Positions 7,813-12,879 of a DNA stretch of 12,879 nt are shown here, one piece after another (the first letter of the stretch is position 1; the number at the start of each line of letters is the position of its first letter). The stretch comes from Candidatus Asgardarchaeum abyssi. GTDB lineage: Archaea > Asgardarchaeota > Asgardarchaeia > Asgardarchaeales > Asgardarchaeaceae. The position numbers and the translations under genes are program-made. Under the pieces are notes generated by a model, which ran no database searches, was not told the DNA's origin, and worked only from the letters and a program-made list of their open reading frames with translations. The stretch is taken from the NCBI GenBank assembly GCA_040225955.1, contig JBECUL010000056.1, forward strand, positions 1-12,879. Direction: 5' to 3'.

Positions 7813-7848
7813 GCATATTATTTGGATACTACATATATAATTCCTCAA
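7795..7848 (+). pseudogene. vapC: N-terminal stub of a vapC (PIN) gene
   Basis: GGAGG (7781-7785), then TTG 7795 reading LTEKE*AYYLDTTYIIP. YLDTTYIIP matches the PIN beta-1 motif. There is an in-frame stop and the rest of the gene is absent. Confidence 0.58.
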
Positions 7849-7891
7849 TATAAGATATATTTTTTGAATATTTAAAATTCAATATAAAAAC

Positions 7892-7942
7892 TTTAGTTCT
7901 GATTAAGAACTAAAAATTTAAATATTAGTTCCATAAGAGAAC
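7892..7942 (+). promoter_or_regulatory. Promoter of the ATPase gene, flanked by two GTTC-N7-GAAC palindromes
   Basis: TTTAGTTCT-gatta-AGAACTAAA (7892-7914, perfect 9-bp IR) and GTTC-cataaga-GAAC (7928-7942) bracket the TATA box TTTAAATA (7917-7924), about 25 nt before ATG 7949. No SD, so probably leaderless. Confidence 0.62.
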
Positions 7943-7948
7943 CTATAT

Positions 7949-9241
7949 ATGGAAGAATTATTATTAATTTTAAATGAATGGTGGACCGAAGGAGAAATAT
8001 CTGAAGAAAAGGCTAAAGAGTATAAGCGGACAATATTCCAACATGTAACGGATACTTTCATGAATTATAGACAGATTGTTATTCTAACCGGACTAAGACG
8101 GGTAGGGAAAACAACACTAATGTTCCAGATTATAAAGAAACTAATTGATAATGGTGTAAATCCAAAAAATATCCTTTACTTCAGTTTCGATGAAAGGATA
8201 GAGGACCCATTACTAATTTTCAAATTCTACGAAAAGATAACTAAAGTGAACTGGAAAAAAGAAAAAATATACGTGTTTCTCGATGAAATTCATAAACTGG
8301 AAGACTGGAGCACAAAAATAAAAATATTATACGACAACATGCCAAACATAAAATTGTGCGTCTCTGGATCTGCAAGTCTGATGTTAGAAGAAGAGGCAAC
8401 TAAAAACTTGGCCGGCAGATACTTTCTAATAGAAGTCGAACCACTATCACTAAAAGAATATGCAGAGCTATACTTCAACAACAGAATAGATAACTACTAC
8501 CTCTGGAAACCAAGATTGGAAGCGATTTTCGAAGATTTCATACTAAAACCATTCCCAGAAATCGTGAAATGGACCGATAGACAAAAAATAAACGAGTACA
8601 TCAGAACATTAATCATAGAGAAAATAGTGAAATCCGACATACCCCATATCTTCCAAAAAGTAAATATTAAACTAATATCAACACTAACAAACATATTCTT
8701 AAAGGATATAGGCTCAACACTAAACATAACAAGCCTAGCTAAAGAGCTCGGCGTACACAAATTAACACTGTTGAACCACCTGTACTACCTGGAATTCGGA
8801 AAAATGTTTAGAATAATAAAAAACTACAGACCATCAATAAGAGCTGAATCAAGAAAACTGATGAAAATATACCCATACCACCCATCATTAAGCCTAGCAC
8901 TGTACCCAGAAACAGAAAAGGGGAAAATCATAGAAAACTTGATCCTATCATACGGAAAATATAACAAATACTGGCGAAAAGGAGAAAAGGAAATCGACTT
9001 CCTAAAAATAAACAGCACAATTATACCAATAGAAATAAAATATAAGCCGAAAATCAAAAACGAAGACCTAAAAACAATGAATTTCTTCCTTAAAAAGTAT
9101 AACCTGAAAAAAGGAATTGTGTTCTACCAAGGAGATGATAAAACAATAAAACTAAATGACAAAAATATAAAACTCCGCTCAATAACTCACTTCTGTTTCG
9201 ATCCTCTTACATTAAAATCAAGGGATATAAGCTCATGTTAA
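7949..9241 (+). CDS. AAA+ superfamily ATPase (COG1373; AAA_14 + wHTH + DUF4143/PD-(D/E)XK-like C-terminus)
   Basis: Walker A GLRRVGKT; Walker B VFLDEIH; SGSAS...LAGR; PLSLKEY; HTH NITSLAKELGVHKLTLLNHLYYLE; C-terminal YWR...EIDFL...IPIEIK. Confidence 0.9.
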   Translation: MEELLLILNEWWTEGEISEEKAKEYKRTIFQHVTDTFMNYRQIVILTGLRRVGKTTLMFQIIKKLIDNGVNPKNILYFSFDERIEDPLLIFKFYEKITKVNWKKEKIYVFLDEIHKLEDWSTKIKILYDNMPNIKLCVSGSASLMLEEEATKNLAGRYFLIEVEPLSLKEYAELYFNNRIDNYYLWKPRLEAIFEDFILKPFPEIVKWTDRQKINEYIRTLIIEKIVKSDIPHIFQKVNIKLISTLTNIFLKDIGSTLNITSLAKELGVHKLTLLNHLYYLEFGKMFRIIKNYRPSIRAESRKLMKIYPYHPSLSLALYPETEKGKIIENLILSYGKYNKYWRKGEKEIDFLKINSTIIPIEIKYKPKIKNEDLKTMNFFLKKYNLKKGIVFYQGDDKTIKLNDKNIKLRSITHFCFDPLTLKSRDISSC

Positions 9242-9413
9242 GACTTAACTTGAATAGAGTATCATCTATTGTTTAACTTCGAGGTTTTTTAACTAAGTTA
9301 ATGATGTGGCGACGCTATATACATTTAAAAGAATTATGCAATCAAAGATAGGGCTGAGATGCATCTCCATAATTTTTCGAAAGCACTATTCACACTTAAA
9401 AAGAGTTTAATAA

Positions 9414-9486
9414 ATTATGAAAACATAAAGATATAAGATTGAAAGGTCATTATCAGTTTCACCGTTACCAGTGGCGTCATATTATG
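9414..9486 (+). CRISPR. Possible solitary CRISPR repeat plus spacer-like unit
   Basis: ATTATGAAAACATAAAGATATAAGATTGAAAG (9414-9445) ends in the archaeal repeat handle ATTGAAAG. It is followed by a 35-nt higher-GC segment and then ATTATG again at a 67-nt period, abutting the cas3 stop. Only one full repeat, so the evidence is weak. Confidence 0.3.
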
Positions 9487-11637
9487 TTATTTTACCTCCT
9501 TTCTTACACCGTATGTTTCATCATAAAATACTTCTACAATAGGGAATCCTCTTTCTACTGGTCTTTTAATAGAAACATCCATCCAGATCGGAATAGAAAC
9601 GGTGTATTCCTTTATTTCAGCAAATATTTTTCTCTTTTGTATATATGATATCTCTCTCCCTATCTTTTCATATAGTTTCTCTATATAATCCCTATAAATG
9701 CTTGGTATAACAAGTCTTGTGAATTCTTCTCTGAATTTAAGAAGTCTTTGAGCAAATTCATCATTCACAGGCCAAGAATACAGGAAGTTTGTATATTCAC
9801 TCCAAGTTTCTAGTAAGTTATATATCTCCCTTCGTTTTACTCGTGAGAGATGAGCTATTTTATCATATTCGTCTATCAATTGGAGCTCATCCGTCAATTC
9901 ATTTCCTTCTAACTCTTTCAAAAGATTCCAAGTATTTGTAACATCTTCCTTATCGTATGGATATCCCTTCTTAATATTTATTTCAGACGGAAAGACAATC
10001 CAAACGTTTACCTCCTCTGTTTTGTTCTTATACCTGTTTACTCTGCCAAATCTTTGAACAAGCGACTCTAAAGGCGCACATTCAGTAACCATAAAATCGA
10101 AGGAGATGTCAAGAGATACTTCAATAACTTGTGTAGCAACCAAAATGAAACTTTTCCCTTCTCTTATCCAGCTGTTAATTTTGTCCTCCTTTTCACATCG
10201 ATGTTTATAAATAAAACGAGAATGCAATAATTCTGTATTTAATTCTAACCCTAACTCTGATGTTAAGTTTCGTAGTTTTTTGAATACTTTTTGAGACTTT
10301 TCTACTGTATTGCATACTATAGCCATTCTAAATGGCTTTCTGCTTGATTTGTAAAGCTCAATAATATCTTCAACAATGTCTAAAACATCTCCCGCCACAA
10401 CTCTAAACATAACCCTTCTTCTGTTCTTAAATTCTTCATCTAGCCATATTTTTTCAACTCTTTCTAATAGTTTTTCAAAATGCTCTCTAAGTACAGATGG
10501 GAAAGTTGCGGACATTATGCATATTCTTAGATCATAAATCTGAGAAAATTTTTCAAGAAAGTAGGAAAGGATATATAACATATTCTGGGAAAAAGTATGA
10601 ACTTCATCGAAAATAATCACCGAGCCTCTTAAATGAGGACGTTTCATGAAGTATTTTCCTACCTGAAGAAATGTTAATAACAGCTGATCAAGCGTAGTAA
10701 TAATAACAGGTTTAACAAAATAAGAAGAGAGCATCAATTCTCTGAAATCGTTCTCTTCTTTTTCGTTCCCCCTCTTTATAGTTTCTACATCGGCATAATA
10801 GAAAAATTCTCCAACATTCTCTTTTCCAAAGAAAGCACAAAAGTCGTCATAAAAACTTTTTATTGAGGTAATTGTAGGTAAAACATAAATTATTCTTGAG
10901 CCTTTACTTATCGCATACGAGAGCGATGCTGCTGTCTTTCCCCATCCTGTTGGAGCTCGAATAAGTAAATTTGTATCAATTTTGCTTAAACTTAATTGTG
11001 TTTGAAGGTCTTTATTTCTAACTCTAAGTTTCTTCTTCTGGATTTTTTCTAGAATCCATGCTTTTAAATCTTTAACATTTTTATTCAGGTTGCTTATCTT
11101 GAAATTTGTCAAATTATTCGCTGAGAGGATATCTGCAAGTTTAAAAAGTCCATAAGTATCAACAAAATTAACCTTTGAGGAAAAATCAAGCTTAGGAACA
11201 ACTTTATATAGATTTCTTTGCCAATTTTTCATTTCATCATCAATCCACTCCTTCTTACTTTCAGTGGCCTCTTCTTTTACCCTTAACACGTCACTATCTT
11301 CTACTCTTGTGAGATATCCATGATGCTTAAGTATAAATAAAGGAAGAAGAGGATACTTTTCTATTTTTTCTTTGTCTTTTTCGAAAAGCATGAAAACCGA
11401 ATAAGGAGAGTGAAGAGGATTTGTTTTGTTATTTATATTCCAAGTATTCTTAAGCTTTCCCATGTCGTGATAATAACAAAGAGCTTTAGCAAATTCTTTG
11501 TATTCATGTAAATTATAGAATTCGAGAAAACAGAGAATAAATTTTTCACATTCTTTGATGTGCTCAATCAATTTTTTCCCTTTATGAGATTCTTTACTCC
11601 AAACTTCCCTTTCTAAATCGTTCAACATCGTTTGCAT
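9487..11637 (-). CDS. cas3: CRISPR-associated Cas3 (HD nuclease fused to SF2 helicase)
   Basis: HD domain: LIEH, YYHDMGK, HSPYS, KHHG, LADILSA. Helicase: APTGWGKT, FDEVH, MSAT, LLHSRF, VATQVIEVSLDI, QRFGRVNR. Start uncertain (11637, 11628 or 11625). Confidence 0.96.
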   Translation of the reverse strand: MQTMLNDLEREVWSKESHKGKKLIEHIKECEKFILCFLEFYNLHEYKEFAKALCYYHDMGKLKNTWNINNKTNPLHSPYSVFMLFEKDKEKIEKYPLLPLFILKHHGYLTRVEDSDVLRVKEEATESKKEWIDDEMKNWQRNLYKVVPKLDFSSKVNFVDTYGLFKLADILSANNLTNFKISNLNKNVKDLKAWILEKIQKKKLRVRNKDLQTQLSLSKIDTNLLIRAPTGWGKTAASLSYAISKGSRIIYVLPTITSIKSFYDDFCAFFGKENVGEFFYYADVETIKRGNEKEENDFRELMLSSYFVKPVIITTLDQLLLTFLQVGKYFMKRPHLRGSVIIFDEVHTFSQNMLYILSYFLEKFSQIYDLRICIMSATFPSVLREHFEKLLERVEKIWLDEEFKNRRRVMFRVVAGDVLDIVEDIIELYKSSRKPFRMAIVCNTVEKSQKVFKKLRNLTSELGLELNTELLHSRFIYKHRCEKEDKINSWIREGKSFILVATQVIEVSLDISFDFMVTECAPLESLVQRFGRVNRYKNKTEEVNVWIVFPSEINIKKGYPYDKEDVTNTWNLLKELEGNELTDELQLIDEYDKIAHLSRVKRREIYNLLETWSEYTNFLYSWPVNDEFAQRLLKFREEFTRLVIPSIYRDYIEKLYEKIGREISYIQKRKIFAEIKEYTVSIPIWMDVSIKRPVERGFPIVEVFYDETYGVRKEVK

Positions 11638-12268
11638 CCCACACAGCTATACCGTTTACCGTTTTTATCGGCTCTTTAACTTTAAATTCAACTTTAAAGC
11701 CTTGATAAAAGAAAGTGTTTAAATATAGCACTCTTAATATTTTGCCCCCCTTTTCTACATATGAAAGACCAGTAATGATATCCACTGGAATCATTCCTCT
11801 TGCTTCTGCTTTTTTCATAAACCTAGCATTGTTTTCGTTTTTAATGTCTTTTAGGAAATAGTCAGAAATTCCTCCATAAATGTCAAATTCAAAATCTCTC
11901 CTTTTGATTCTTCTTTTTAGTTCCATAATTAATTCATCTTTTGCATAAACACCAATTCTAAAACGTGGTTCGATTAGAAACTCAAAGTCTTCCACCGTTC
12001 TTATAAACATTTTGTTTTCTTCATCCCATGCCATTAAAGTGGCTTTTTCGGAAGCTATTCCTCTGAAATCGCATAATTCTGCCCCTACAGTAAGATTATT
12101 GTCTTTAGCAAAATCACATAATTCTTCTCTTTCTACACCAAATATTGCGCCAATAATCCCCCAGATAACTGTTGGAGGTGGTAAAAAATAACTTGATCTA
12201 AATTTCTTTGTTTCGTGTCGTTTAAAATGCGCTGTAAAAAAAGATATTAAGAAGGTATGTGACTCCAT
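11594..12268 (-). CDS. cas5: CRISPR-associated Cas5 (type I)
   Basis: N-terminal AHFK...RSSYFLPPPTVIWGIIGAIFG, EFLIEPRFRI and IYGGISD (G-rich loop). Immediately upstream of cas3. Confidence 0.92.
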   Translation of the reverse strand: MESHTFLISFFTAHFKRHETKKFRSSYFLPPPTVIWGIIGAIFGVEREELCDFAKDNNLTVGAELCDFRGIASEKATLMAWDEENKMFIRTVEDFEFLIEPRFRIGVYAKDELIMELKRRIKRRDFEFDIYGGISDYFLKDIKNENNARFMKKAEARGMIPVDIITGLSYVEKGGKILRVLYLNTFFYQGFKVEFKVKEPIKTVNGIAVWDANDVERFRKGSLE

Positions 12269-12270
12269 GC

Positions 12271-12879
12271 TTATGCACCTAATAGATACTTTGTGACTCC
12301 CTCTATTACCTCATCTATCTTTTGAGGACTAAGAACTTCAATCGATTCTAATATATCAACTTTCCTCTTAAGTTCTTCAATTCTTTCTTTTAACTCTTCG
12401 TTGTTTGATTTTTTCAGTTCTTCTTCGAGTTTCTTTATTTCCTCCTTGTATTTTTCAATTCTTAATTTAATCTCTTCATTTAATGCATGTTCAAAATCTA
12501 CTATCGTAATCCTTTCTTCATCTTCAAGAAAGCATCCTAAATCTTCAATTTTATCAAGATTTAAAACTACTTTTCCATTTTTAATCTTGTAATCTATATG
12601 GGCAAATAATGGAAGTAAGCGTTCTGTAGGTAAAATAACTACATAGTAATAATGTGGCTGATGTAAGTTTGTTGCCGACCTTGGGAATGTATATCTTTCC
12701 TTTAGTAATACTTCTAGAAAAGCTTTTAATCTACTCTTTCTTCCATAAGTTTTCTTAGAATTTTCAGTTGGCTCAAATGGTAAGTAATAGAATTTCTTTC
12801 CATTCTGCATTTCTGTCACTAATACTCATAGTTATCATTGCAGATATTGTAAATCAGATAAATTTTCTTTCCTATATTG
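12271..12879 (-). CDS. cas7: Cas7 (DevR/Cst2-like) C-terminal portion; reading frame interrupted near 12820; partial at the window edge
   Basis: Lies directly upstream of cas5. FYYLP...RKSRLKAFLEVLL...FPRSAT...P resembles the Cas7 I-A/I-B C-terminal helix region. The ORF frame is closed upstream of 12819, but the neighbouring frame reads NIGKKIYLIYNICNDNYEY* up to that point. Confidence 0.65.

Noticed and set aside
9300-9357. Second possible C/D sRNA (ATGATGT...CTGA)
   Set aside because: Imperfect C box and no internal D'/C' boxes.
9334-9393. Minus-strand peptide VNSAFEKLWRCISALSLIA resembling the PaREP1/HEPN 'ASEKLW' motif
   Set aside because: Only 19 codons, surrounded by stops; cannot be told from chance without an HMM search.
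9242-9486. A conventional multi-repeat CRISPR array
   Set aside because: No regularly spaced repeated 24-40-mers were seen anywhere in the window; only the single repeat-like unit reported at low confidence. ATTGAAAT at 6270 and 7501 has no repeat context.
8290-12592. ORFs 8290-8481, 8497-8760, 8824-9057 (-), 9439-9648 and 12401-12592 (+)
   Set aside because: Antisense to the ATPase, cas3 or cas7; no recognisable domains.

Overview
AT-rich archaeal DNA (GGTGA/GGAGG Shine-Dalgarno sites, BRE/TATA promoters, archaeal-type TA families). It is a defence/accessory island that is visibly decaying. Left to right: a partial PIN (VapC) gene; a soluble Zn-ribbon/GNAT/ABC-ATPase fusion (COG2401-like); a wHTH plus membrane regulator split by an 11-bp tandem duplication; a vapBC pair; an intergenic box C/D guide sRNA on the minus strand; a deleted VOC/glyoxalase pseudogene; a HEPN-MNT pair; an intact VOC gene; an IS200/IS605-like left-end remnant next to a vapC fragment; a second vapBC pair; a frameshifted AbrB antitoxin with a vapC stub; and an AAA+ (COG1373/DUF4143-like) ATPase with paired operators. 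The window ends with the distal part of a type I (probably I-B-like) CRISPR-Cas operon on the minus strand: cas7 (interrupted), cas5 and cas3 (HD-helicase fusion). No cas4/1/2 and no multi-repeat CRISPR array follow cas3, only a possible solitary repeat/crRNA-like unit. All family calls come from motif recognition by eye; no database searches were run.
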